From Terriglobia bacterium (lineage in GTDB: Bacteria; Acidobacteriota; Terriglobia; 20CM-2-55-15), in assembly GCA_965198225.1 (NCBI GenBank), contig CBDAOY010000005.1, positions 608,001 to 672,000 on the forward strand: a stretch of DNA of 64,000 nt, in the 5' to 3' direction. Shown piece after piece: positions 9,852-19,595 of the stretch. Both the position numbers and the translations under genes were made by a program. Numbering within the stretch: position 1 is the first letter of the stretch; every line of letters begins with the position of its first letter. The notes below the pieces were generated by a model. The model was not told where the DNA came from, ran no database searches, and saw only the letters and a program-made list of their open reading frames with translations.

Positions 9852-11060
9852 TTACTGGACGATTTCCGCGTCCCTCACCATTTCCCAGACCCGAATGCGC
9901 GGTTCGCCGTTTGTGGCCACCAGATACCGGCCGTCTGCTGAGAATTGAAGGAATTCGATGTTTACCGCATTGGGGAATTCCTCCGAAGGCTCAAAGGGAG
10001 GGAGATGAAGCGTCGTGATCTTCCGTCCGTCGGACAGGTCATACAGGTTAACCCGGGCATTTTGGGGGTCGGTGGTGGTTGCCACAGCCACGATATCCCG
10101 TAGCGGGTGCCCGGCCACGGCGGTTCCCAGGCGGCTGAAGCCACTGTCGTAGGAACGATCCCAACTGCCGATGCTCAACCGCCGCGCCAACGTGTAGTCC
10201 GACAATCGAAACAGCCGGAGTTCCCGCGGCGTGATCCCCGGCAGGAATCGATCGTCCGGTGTGCCGATACTCACTCCCAAGTAGTTCGTCATCACGAATA
10301 TTTCTGGCGCGATCCATGTGCCCGGTTCCCCCTCAATTCTCGCTAACTCGTGATCGATGTCGTCAACAGACCGAATGACGACCTTCGGACCCAGATCCCC
10401 AGTCAAGTCGACGTACGCAAACCTGGAGCGGTCCGGCAACAGGAGTGGTGACCAGAGTATGTTTATCGGTCTCATGGGCGCACCCCACTCAAGTGCGCAC
10501 GCCCCCAGGTCCACCCGCCCGATCGGTCTTTCTTCGCCGCTACGAAAGACCAACGCAGTCCCACTGTCGACCAATAACAGATAAATTCCAGGATCGACTT
10601 CCACGCAGTCGGTGGGCTCGCCTTCCAGGTACCGCCATGTGGTTAATCGATCATCATCATGTGCTTCATAAAATAGTACCTCGGCGGTTCCAGGAAGGAA
10701 TTGGCTTCCGAAGACCGACGGCTCCGATGACGCAGTCGCCAAGACCTTACCCGCCAGTAGATCGACGATCCGAATGGTTCCATCGTCCGGGCCCCGACGG
10801 GTTTGCGTCCCGCGCGTCCGGCCCCCTTCGATCGTGATTCTGTACAGTGACAACTCACCCTTCCCCCAAGCGTCCTGGACCAGTGCGATCATATCCGGCC
10901 CAAGACCACCCCGTATGAAGCCTCCTTCGTGCTCGGCGACCAGACTGAACTGCCACCCGCTGTCCTGAGAGACGGCTTGGATGGGGAGACTGATCAGGGC
11001 AACCAGAACCAGGCTAACGATTGCGATCCGCCAGCCGTGGTGCGAACGTCTCAGGGACAT
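9852..11060 (-). CDS. Secreted beta-propeller (WD40-like) protein, candidate Rhs immunity partner
   Basis: Signal peptide; C-terminal FSADGRYLVAT...IRVWE; overlaps the end of the Rhs CT ORF. Confidence 0.65.
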   Translation of the reverse strand: MSLRRSHHGWRIAIVSLVLVALISLPIQAVSQDSGWQFSLVAEHEGGFIRGGLGPDMIALVQDAWGKGELSLYRITIEGGRTRGTQTRRGPDDGTIRIVDLLAGKVLATASSEPSVFGSQFLPGTAEVLFYEAHDDDRLTTWRYLEGEPTDCVEVDPGIYLLLVDSGTALVFRSGEERPIGRVDLGACALEWGAPMRPINILWSPLLLPDRSRFAYVDLTGDLGPKVVIRSVDDIDHELARIEGEPGTWIAPEIFVMTNYLGVSIGTPDDRFLPGITPRELRLFRLSDYTLARRLSIGSWDRSYDSGFSRLGTAVAGHPLRDIVAVATTTDPQNARVNLYDLSDGRKITTLHLPPFEPSEEFPNAVNIEFLQFSADGRYLVATNGEPRIRVWEMVRDAEIVQ

Positions 11061-11865
11061 GGCGCACCCCCCCCCGCTCGTTTAGGAATGAACGATAGTC
11101 CACGCGATTCAAGCGCGGAAACTGATGGCTAAAAAAGGAAACCACGTCGGGCCTCGGGTTGAACCGATCGATGTCCAGGAATGCGTAAGCATCTCCTGTT
11201 CCAAATTGCAGTGCGTTGCGGTATACATTCTCCCTTGCCAGAAAGTTATCCCCCCCGCGATGTGCTCTTCCGAACCAGCCGACGACCTTGGTCAACCCCT
11301 TTTCTAACCAACCCGACACGGTGAAGTTGTCGTTGCCTTCGATCTGACTCCGTAAATTGCGGCCTACCTCGCGACTAAACAGAATTCGATCATCCATTAC
11401 ATTACCACGCACAATTGAGTTTTCTCTGAAGTGCAATCCAGCCCCGACCCCGGCCACTATGATGCTCTGGAATACAAGTTGTCGATGCGCGCTCAGTCCC
11501 ATGAAGGCCGCTTCGCCACCCAGCAATAATCTCTTAACGAATGCGCAATTCACGCGAGAAACGGTTTGCGGAAATTCAGGAAACGTGGGGAGTTCGACAT
11601 ACGACCCGATAGTCCCTTTCAGCAATGACGGCCAGTAAATTGGTCTCAATGGCGGCCGAAGTGGAGTCTCTATACTGAGGCCGCTGGGGTCCGTATAGTT
11701 GACCGGATCGGCCATTGCATAAATGTACCGATTCAGGCTTTGCGGGAGCATCAGATTTATCGGACCCCGATCCACGGACATGAACACGCCGCGGGTCGTT
11801 GCGTCGAAGCGGTGGATGGCATAGTCCAGACCGGATTCGGCATCGCGCTGGTAGGAGGGGTCATC
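11014..11865 (-). pseudogene. Orphan Rhs-associated core C-terminus plus variable toxin-like extension
   Basis: YQRDAESGLDYA..R......G.FMSVD.....PQSLNRYIYAMADPVNYTDPSGL (DPxGL autoproteolysis motif) followed by about 220 aa unique tail; no upstream YD repeats. Confidence 0.85.
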
Positions 11866-11924
11866 GCAAGGTTTGTACCTGAAATTACTCTAAGGAAGAA
11901 AAACGGCCGCACATGGGGCTCTAG

Positions 11925-13498
11925 GAGCCTGTCGGGAATAGATTGGGGATGGGTGGCGACAGAAGTCGGGGAAGAACCGGATGGGACCTAAGCTGGACGG
12001 GTGGATTTGTAGAAGAAGGCATGACGAAAAGCTTCCGATCCGATGACCTGAATCAGAGCTTGTTGATGCCGCCGTCGTTACACGACTGGCTTCCGGAAAA
12101 TCATTTGGCGCGATTTGTGGCCGACCTGGTGGAGACGCTGGATCTGTCGGCGTTTTACCGTTCCTATGAGGCGAAGGATGGACGAGGTCAGGCGGCCTAC
12201 TCCCCGGTGCTGATGGTGCGGTTGTTGGTGTACGGATATTGTACCGGGGTGGTGAGTTCGCGGCAGATCGAGAAACGGACGCATGAGGACGTGGCGTTCC
12301 GGTATTTGAGTGCGGACACGCATCCGGATCACAGCACGTTCAACGAGTTTCGGAAACGGCATTTGGAGGCGTTGGCGGGACTGTTTCTGCAAGCGCTGGG
12401 ATTGTGCCGGAAGGCGGGGCTGGTGAAACTGGGGCATGTGGCGGTCGACGCAGTCGAGGATGAGAAGCAACGGCACGGAGTGACCGACCAGTTGCCGAAG
12501 GAATTGGCGCGGCGGGAAAGCCGGTTGAAGAAGATTCGACAGGCCCGGGCGGAATTGGAAGCGGAAGCCCGGCAGAAGGCGGGGAAGGCGAAGGCGGACG
12601 CGGAAGCGCGGATGGCCCAGCGGCGGAAGCAAGAGGAGCGAACGGGGAAGAAGACGGGTGGAGGCCAACCGCGGGTTCCCGATCCGAAGCAGGCGGCGCC
12701 GGATGCGAAGGCGCAGCGCAACTTCACCGATCCGGACAGCCGGATCATGCCCGACGGCGCGCACAAAGGCAGTTTCGTGCAGGCCTACAATGCCCAGATC
12801 GCTGTGGACGATGACACGCAAGTCATCGTCGCGGCCGAGATCACCCAGGACGCCAATGACAAAGAGCAACTGGCGCCCATGGTCGCGCAAGTGCGGCGGA
12901 ACACGGGGACCCGGCCCGTCGCGGTCAGCGCGGATGCCGGGTATTGGAGCCCCAGGCAGGTGACCGACCCGCGAGCCGCAGGGATCGATTTACACGGGGC
13001 CACGGGGCGAGTCCGGACCGGCGCATCCCCGAAGTCTTCCGGCGGCCCGCCCGGAGCGGCTGAAGGCGCCGGCGTACGGGAGCAAATGAAACAGAAACTG
13101 GACAGCGATGTGGGGCGGGCCGTCTACAAGATGCGCAAGGCGATTGTGGAACCGGTATTCGGACAGACCCGGGAATGCCGGGGATTCCGGCGTTTCAGTT
13201 TCCGCGGTCTCGAGAACGTGCGGGCGGAATGGCAACTGGTCTGTTTGACCCACAACATCCTGAAGTTGTTTCGTTACGGAGGAGGATTCAAGCCACTGGC
13301 GGCTTGAATCGAAGCAGGGAGATCCTGGCAAACACAGAATCCGCGGATGAAAAATACGTATCGCGCTCAATGGGGGCTGCCGCAATCTCATCTCATGGAT
13401 CTGTCTGAGCAAACGCTTCCCAAGGTGGCCTTCATCCTGAAATCGCGATGGGGCTTTCAGCTTCAGACTTCTCCAGATTTCTTATTGCCGACAGGCTC
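11925..13498 (+). mobile_element. IS1182 family insertion sequence
   Basis: IRs GAGCCTGTCGG / CCGACAGGCTC, CTAG duplicated at 11921-11924 and 13499-13502. Confidence 0.92.
12021..13307 (+). pseudogene. IS1182 transposase with an in-frame internal deletion
   Basis: LMPPSLHDWLPENH, PDHST..FRK, NFTDPDSRIM, VEPVFG. It lacks the GSKVQGNASKHK...EAAD segment present in the copy at 42773-44320. Confidence 0.85.
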
Positions 13499-13949
13499 CT
13501 AGGCTCGCCTGGACGGTGGGAGGGGATGCGTCAAGGGGGTTTCTGCTACGTCTCCAAGGCTCTAAACGTCGTGAGCGGCCTTCTACGGCAAGTCGTTAGG
13601 GCATCGGTGCTCTCGCCTCTCCCATACAGACAGGCCTTACCTCCATCCGATTCCGATTTCCCCGGTTTTCAACCTAAAAGGGTCTTTTTCCGACTCCGAT
13701 TCCGGCTCTAAAATGTTTCGATTCTGCTTTTTTCACAGGGTCCACAGGGGCTACTACGTGCTCTTACTCTTCTACTTGCTCGAATCGGCCCAGATCTGGA
13801 TCGCGACAGACCTCCCCGGATTGGTCAAGCATGGAAAAACCCTACGAATCTGGTCCTCTATTCGCTCACTAATGCTACTTCTGTGCTTAACGAAACCGAG
13901 TTGATTAAGTGGCATTGGGGAGTGCGCCCCCAAAACTGGACAGATTTCG

Positions 13950-14774
13950 TCAAAGATTGAGAATAGGCCGATCGGCGCGTTTCAAGTTCACGAGCTGCTC
14001 GAACTCGATCGGCGGACGATAGCCGATTGAGGAGTGCAGCCGCTTGCGATTGTAGACCTCCTCGATGAAGTATGGGACACGTTCGATCACGTCCTCGTAG
14101 GTCTCGTAGTTCCAGAGATGGATCTCCTCGTACTTCAACGTCTTGAAGAACGACTCCACGAAAGCGTTGTCCCCGGGATTGCCCTTCGCCGACATGCTGA
14201 TCTGGAAGCCGTGTGTTCGCAAGATGTCGATGTAGTCGTCGGAGGCATACTGCACGCCCCGATCTGAATGATGGATGCAGCCCCGGGTGTCGAGACGCGC
14301 TGCGATGGCCATCTGTAACGCCTCGATGCAGAGCTGGCGGTCGATCCGTTTCGAGATCGCCCAACCGATGACCTTGCGAGAGTGGAGATCCAGGATGGCG
14401 GCCAGGAACACGAATCCGGTGCGTATCCGGATGTAAGTGATATCGGCTGCCCACGCTTGATTCAGACCGGTGACCGTGTGCCTCTTCAGCAGATTGGGGT
14501 AGATGCGGAACCGGTGATTGGAATCGGTCGTGTGGAGGAAACTCCGCCAGGTGATCGGCTTCAACCCGTACCGCTTCATCACGCGCCGAAGCCGTTTCGT
14601 GTTGACGATCTCGCCCTGGCGTTCCAGTTCCCGATACACCCGGCGGTATCCGTAGCCGGGAAATTCGGCCTGGATCCGCTCGATGCGATCGCGCAGATCG
14701 GCGTCCTGTTGCGCTTTCAGTTTGGGATCGACCTTCGGCCTGTAGTAATACGTGCTACGTGCCAGGCCCGTCAT
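13950..14774 (-). CDS. IS3 transposase OrfB (integrase core)
   Basis: YGYRR, W.ADITY, HHSDRG.QY, DNA.VESFFKTLK.E, YN..RLHS. Confidence 0.95.
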   Translation of the reverse strand: MTGLARSTYYYRPKVDPKLKAQQDADLRDRIERIQAEFPGYGYRRVYRELERQGEIVNTKRLRRVMKRYGLKPITWRSFLHTTDSNHRFRIYPNLLKRHTVTGLNQAWAADITYIRIRTGFVFLAAILDLHSRKVIGWAISKRIDRQLCIEALQMAIAARLDTRGCIHHSDRGVQYASDDYIDILRTHGFQISMSAKGNPGDNAFVESFFKTLKYEEIHLWNYETYEDVIERVPYFIEEVYNRKRLHSSIGYRPPIEFEQLVNLKRADRPILNL

Positions 14775-15121
14775 TTCGCACCCTTTCGATATCGATCCCA
14801 GTTTTTCCCAGTGATTACGGCAGTATCGACGTTTCGATTCCGCTTCATCCAGCTCTGCAGTTTTTTTTGATGATCGATCTGCATCACCAGATCCCCAACC
14901 TTCGCCTTCAGGCGTTCATTCTCGGCCTCCAACGCCCGTTCCCGGCTCGAAGGCCTATCCACCAGTTGATTCGCCTCGTACTGCGTCCGCCAACGCTGAA
15001 TCACGCTGGGCGAGATCTGGTACTGCCGCGCTGCCGCGCTCAGCGTCATCTGGCCGGTTTCAATCTGCTCGACCAGGCGTCGCTTGAATTCCACTTCAAA
15101 CTTCCGTCGGATCTTTCCCAT
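14771..15121 (-). CDS. IS3 transposase OrfA (HTH); -1 frameshift at an A8 run (about 14861-14868) would fuse it to OrfB
   Basis: RRKFEVEFK...AARQYQIS..VIQRW. The -1 frame from the A-run is open into the OrfB ATG. Confidence 0.9.
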   Translation of the reverse strand: MGKIRRKFEVEFKRRLVEQIETGQMTLSAAARQYQISPSVIQRWRTQYEANQLVDRPSSRERALEAENERLKAKVGDLVMQIDHQKKLQSWMKRNRNVDTAVITGKNWDRYRKGAK

Positions 15122-15396
15122 CGGTGTCGGACTCCCTGGCCCACTGCTGAAAAATCGGCGCGCGTCACGCGCTGTGGAAACCGTGGAAAAGCTCCGCACA
15201 ATACGCTCCGCTTTCCCACCGTTCCCACAGCGCCGGCGGGGGGATAATATTCCCCCTTCCAGCAGCAGGACCGGCTAAGCCGATCACCTATTCTCTAATT
15301 CTTGGGAAAAATGTCCAATGAAGGGGCGCAGTCGGTTGTGATGGTAACCAGCCATTTCAGGCCATGCTTGACGTTCTGCGCATTCTCTCGCGCCCG

Positions 15397-15702
15397 TTAC
15401 TCGCTGAGCACACGCACGACCGCCTCAGGGTCGCGGTCGATGACGGTCAGCAGAACGCGGGCGGCGCGATCTGGAACGCGGCGCCCCTGTTCCCATTCCT
15501 GCACGGCACGTGCGTCGAGACCGAATCGGTCCGCGAACTTCTGGCGGCTCAATTTCATACGCTTCCGTAGCGCAAGAATGTGCTCTGCAGTGGGATCGTC
15601 GACAATGCGGCACGGCAGATCCACTTCGCCGCGCACATGGGCAAGAACCTCCCCCAAGGCTGCCTCCACCTCTCGACCCACTTGGGTTCGTTTCGTCGTC
15701 AT
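15397..15702 (-). CDS. HigA-like HTH antitoxin
   Basis: LRKRMKLSRQKFADRFGL...VQEWEQGRRVPD; lies downstream of the RelE-like gene. Confidence 0.88.
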   Translation of the reverse strand: MTTKRTQVGREVEAALGEVLAHVRGEVDLPCRIVDDPTAEHILALRKRMKLSRQKFADRFGLDARAVQEWEQGRRVPDRAARVLLTVIDRDPEAVVRVLSE

Positions 15703-15706
15703 CGTC

Positions 15707-16033
15707 TTACCTCCCCTCTTTCTTGATCGCGGCCACCAGCCGCGATAGGGTTTTCCGGTCTGCCGGAGTCAGGTCGTCTCGGTCGGCCTTCGCATAGGCT
15801 GTCAGCATATAGATGGCCTCCGGTCCTGCGTGATGGAAGTAAATTGTCCGAATTCCGCCTCGCTTTCCCCGTCCCGATCCTGTCCAACGCAGCTTGCGAA
15901 TACCTCCCGTTCCTCGGAGCAAAGGCGCCCGGCCGGGATCGGCAACGATCTCCGCCTCCATTTTCTGGCGCTCCACTTCGGACATGAGCTTGCGAACGGC
16001 GCGCTCGTAGGTTCTGGTGGTGAAGATACGCAC
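15707..16033 (-). CDS. RelE/HigB-like toxin
   Basis: GTGGIRKLRW..SGRGKRGGIR.IYF...LTAYAK...DDL. Confidence 0.9.
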   Translation of the reverse strand: MRIFTTRTYERAVRKLMSEVERQKMEAEIVADPGRAPLLRGTGGIRKLRWTGSGRGKRGGIRTIYFHHAGPEAIYMLTAYAKADRDDLTPADRKTLSRLVAAIKKEGR

Positions 16034-16214
16034 AGGCCTTAATTGTGCGGCATTGCCGCAGGCTTATCAAGGGAGGCTTGATTCCCGATTACACCACTTG
16101 ACCGCCGAGGCGGTTGACCACGGAACTCCAGCACGGACTGACAGGCTAGCCGCCTGGATTGCTGTTTAACTACCGCATAAGGGCGCCCAGGCGCTTTAGG
16201 GTCAATTTGGAACG

Positions 16215-16425
16215 ATCTTGCGGGTTTGGTGAAGTGGTAGAGGGCGGAGCAGGAGACGTCCAAAATCTTGGCGATTGAGGCCTTGGAGACATCCTTGCCC
16301 AACAGTAGATGTTCCCAAGGCCCCCTTGGGCCGGCCGAGCAGTTTCCACTTGGCTTTGGCAGTGGCGTGTCTGGCTGAACTGGAGGATCTCCAACTTCTG
16401 GTTGGCGAGCTCCTGCGAACGAGTG
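16215..16425 (-). pseudogene. Heavily deleted serine resolvase remnant
   Basis: Fragments SQELANQKLEILQF, AKAKWKLLGRPKG and VSKASIAKILDVS..ALYHF in shifting frames. Confidence 0.6.
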
Positions 16426-16816
16426 GAGATGCAGCGGTGGTGACGGTTTTCAACGCGGCGTCCAAGAAAAGGCGAACCGAGGTCTGTTTGCGACAATTAA
16501 CGACTATCGACTCCAGAACAATCTGTAGTCGGATATCGTTTAGAAAGACGTTCGTTTGTCTTGGACAGACCCGTACCGGTCTCCGACTCTGATCCTTGTT
16601 TGCAACGTCTACTGGCAGGCCAGGGGGGATCTCACGGATTGCAGCTGCGCCGGACTTCACGTTCGACCCCGACCTGCCGCTACGTGCCTCGGTTCTTCGT
16701 TTCGATCGTTCTATCTGCACCAGGACCCCCACGAAAGAGCTGTTCGCATAAGGCGCGTAAATAGCTATATATTCCGATATTATCCTATATATTCGTATTT
16801 CATTGGGAGGTTAAGG

Positions 16817-17071
16817 ATGGCGCTGGTCAAGAAGAGCATCACCGTGACGGATCGGCAGGAGCTGTGGATCAGGGCACAAATCGCGAGTGGCGAATATGGT
16901 AACGACAGCGAATACTTCCGCGACTTGATCCGCCGCGACCAGGAACAGAACGGGCAAATCCGTGCCTTGAAGGAAGCGATTCAGGAAGGTCTGCAAGGTG
17001 GCGTTAGCGACAAGACCGTGAAAGAGATTTGGGCCGAGGCGGAGCAGCGCTATACAGCCAGGCATGGCTGA
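16817..17071 (+). CDS. parD: ParD-like RHH antitoxin
   Basis: MALVKKSITVT...IASGEYGNDSEYFRDLIR...ALKEAIQEGL; GGAGG RBS. Confidence 0.88.
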   Translation: MALVKKSITVTDRQELWIRAQIASGEYGNDSEYFRDLIRRDQEQNGQIRALKEAIQEGLQGGVSDKTVKEIWAEAEQRYTARHG

Positions 17072-17354
17072 CTATCGCCTATCGGTCCGGGCCGAAGCTG
17101 ACCTTGCCGGAATCGCCGACTACACCATCAAGACCTTCGGCATCGAGCAGGCACGCGAGTATCGGGATACTCTGGATGCCTGTTTCCGAACCCTCGCCGA
17201 GAACCCACACTTGGGGCGAAGTGCGGAACTGCTCTCACCGGGCCTGCGGCGCTTTGAGCACCGGTCACACACGGTCTTCTATGCCGAGGACGAAGGGGAC
17301 ATTCTGATCGTTCGCATCTTGCACGTCGGTATGGACACCTCACGTCACCTTTAA
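17064..17354 (+). CDS. parE: ParE family toxin
   Basis: YRLS..AEADL.GI.DYT...FG.EQA..Y...L.ENP.LG...ILIVRILH..MD. Confidence 0.92.
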   Translation: MADYRLSVRAEADLAGIADYTIKTFGIEQAREYRDTLDACFRTLAENPHLGRSAELLSPGLRRFEHRSHTVFYAEDEGDILIVRILHVGMDTSRHL

Positions 17355-18216
17355 TCTATGTGGATCGACGATCAATCGACGTGATCGCTCTGCCGGGACA
17401 ACATCGCCTCCAGCCTCTGGCTACATTACCTTCAGGAGTGCCCGAGTTGCGAAGCTTTCGTCGGTACAGTGACGCGTTGAAACGAGTGCAAACTCACCAG
17501 ACTAGCAAGACTCACTACAAGGTCAGTGATTTCCTCACTTGGTCGAAGGCTGGGTCCCGCATACAGAATCTTACTCATGATGTCTCACGTACGGAGGAAG
17601 AAACTTGAAGACGGCAAACTCAGGGAATTCATTTTTCACGGCGTCACCTACCCGCAAGATCCCGTTGCCGATTGGCTTGAAGCTGTCACTGGAAGCGGCT
17701 GAATGGCCTACCTCAGGGAGAGTAGAAGGCGCGCCAACCCACACAATCGCAGGGTCTTCCTTGCCGCATCCGGCGCGACCCGCACCGCTTCGGTCCACCA
17801 CACCGGAAGATAAGGCGTTCAGCGCATGGCCGTTCCGCCCGGCGCCCCGAGCATCCCTCATGCCGGACTTCCAGGTGTCGCCGGCCGGATACCCAATCAC
17901 CTTGCTCATTCCAGCATATTGTTGGCAAGCAATCGGTTCTGTGTTTCGTTGATTTCGTCAATCACAGAATTGATTTCCTCATGGCATCGCCACGCTGGTA
18001 TCCGCAGGATAGTCCAACCGAGTTTGTCCAGGACGCGGTCTCGTGCAAGGTCTTGGCGGCGGTGCCGCCCTCGGGCGTCCAGGTGCTGGTCGCCGTCCAC
18101 CTCGACGTTCAGCTTGATCCCTTGTTCCAGCAACGCGAAGTCCAGTTCGTACCCCTCCACCTCGAGCTTGGCGTAGGGCAAGAGATCCCCGAGTTGCATG
18201 GCGTCGAGCAGGATTG

Positions 18217-19595
18217 GAGGTTCCGTCAATAAGTGTGTAAATAGACATCAGGCGGCTTTCTCCTCGGTGACTTGGTTGACTGGAACTCCATTGACATATT
18301 GGGCGCCTTGGTAGACATCCTTCATCAAGTGCGGAGCCTTCAAACGGCGAAATCTTTTCTCAGCGACCAGCAGCATCTTCCAGATGACAGCCCGTGCGTT
18401 GGCCACTTTCTTGAACCTTCGAGAGGCATCGGTTCGCAGTCGCAGAGCAGAGAAGGGAGACTCCACTGGATTGGTAGTCCGCAGATGTTGCCACTGCTGT
18501 TTGGGATAGTTGTAAAACGTCACCATCCGATCCCAGTCCTGGTCGATCAGATCAGCCGCAGCCTCCAGTCCTCTCTTGCCACACCAATGTTGGAATCGTC
18601 CTTTGACTTGCTCGGCTTCCTGCCGTGTTTCTGCATAAGGGATCTGCCGCAACATCAACAACGCCGCTTTGTGCCGACCCTTGGGGATCTTAGCCAGCAA
18701 GTTGACGATGCGATGATTCCAGCATCTCTGCTCGTCGGCTTCTGGGAAAACGTTGCGCAACGCTCCCCAGATCCCCAGATGCCCGTCAGCCATCACCAGT
18801 CTCGGTGGGTTCATCCCCCGCTCTTTGAGATCCCTCAGCACTTCGGACCAGCTCTGGGTCGATTCTCGATAACCACTACTGACCGACACCACCACTTTAG
18901 TGCCATCACTTAAAGCGGCGATCACTACCAGGATCACGGCCTTTTCCTTCTCCAGCCCTGCTTTGATGTACACACCGTCTGCCCACAGATACACCACTTC
19001 CAGATCGTCCAGCCGACGGCTTTGCCAGGCCTCCATTTCTCCCTGCCACTTCTCCTTCAACCGGGCTACGGTGCTGGGGGACAGCGGCGCTTCTTCCCCT
19101 AAAAGCCCTCTTAAGGCCAGATCGAAATCCCCCTCGGCCAGACCATGCAAATAGAGTTCTGGAATCAAGTCTCGTACCTCTTGCGTCCGCTTGGCAAACA
19201 GCGGCAAGACCCGGCTCTCAAAACGCTCTTCCAGATCCCGCACTCGGGGACGCCGCAGCTTGATCGTTCCGCAACTCAGCGTCAGTCGCCGCTCCTTACC
19301 GTAGCCGTTGCGATAGCCACCGGGCGCGTCCACTTCTCGGCGACGCTCATTCTTTCTTCGTCCCAGCAGCTGTGTCACTTCATCCTCCAACAGTTCCTGT
19401 ACGTAAAACTGGATCTGCTCTCGCACCCACTCTTCCAGCTGTTCAAAGCAGACTCTTGACTCCACACTTCGATCAATGTTCTTCTTGCTCATGGCGGTGT
19501 GACTCCTTCCTTTCGGGCTCTTCCGCCCGGGTTTTTATTTCACCCGGAAGGATAATCACCGCCTATGCTATTTACACACCTTTTGAGGGTAGCTC
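18217..19595 (-). mobile_element. IS256 family insertion sequence with 8-bp TSD CAGGATTG
   Basis: TSD at 18209-18216 and 19596-19603; imperfect IRs GAGGTTCCGTCAATAAGTGTGTAAA / TTTACACACCTTTTGAGGGTAGCTC. Confidence 0.93.
18248..19492 (-). CDS. IS256 family transposase
   Basis: YRNGY, PRVR, YLWADG, ES..SW...L.DLK.RG, QRCW.H, TTNPVES. Confidence 0.95.
   Translation of the reverse strand: MSKKNIDRSVESRVCFEQLEEWVREQIQFYVQELLEDEVTQLLGRRKNERRREVDAPGGYRNGYGKERRLTLSCGTIKLRRPRVRDLEERFESRVLPLFAKRTQEVRDLIPELYLHGLAEGDFDLALRGLLGEEAPLSPSTVARLKEKWQGEMEAWQSRRLDDLEVVYLWADGVYIKAGLEKEKAVILVVIAALSDGTKVVVSVSSGYRESTQSWSEVLRDLKERGMNPPRLVMADGHLGIWGALRNVFPEADEQRCWNHRIVNLLAKIPKGRHKAALLMLRQIPYAETRQEAEQVKGRFQHWCGKRGLEAAADLIDQDWDRMVTFYNYPKQQWQHLRTTNPVESPFSALRLRTDASRRFKKVANARAVIWKMLLVAEKRFRRLKAPHLMKDVYQGAQYVNGVPVNQVTEEKAA

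Larger units (their letters stand above)
13920..15333 (-). mobile_element. IS3 family insertion sequence
   Basis: Imperfect IRs GAGTGCGCCCCCAAAACTGGACA and GACTGCGCCCCTTCATTGGACA; orfA/orfB arrangement. Confidence 0.88.

Noticed and set aside
13558-13602. attC-like GCTCTAAAC...GTTAGGGC
   Set aside because: Imperfect core, no clear L boxes, no integron integrase or second site.
16170-16770. CGCATAA motifs (about 16174 and 16745) resembling XerC arms of pdif sites flanking TA modules
   Set aside because: No matching XerD arm follows either motif.
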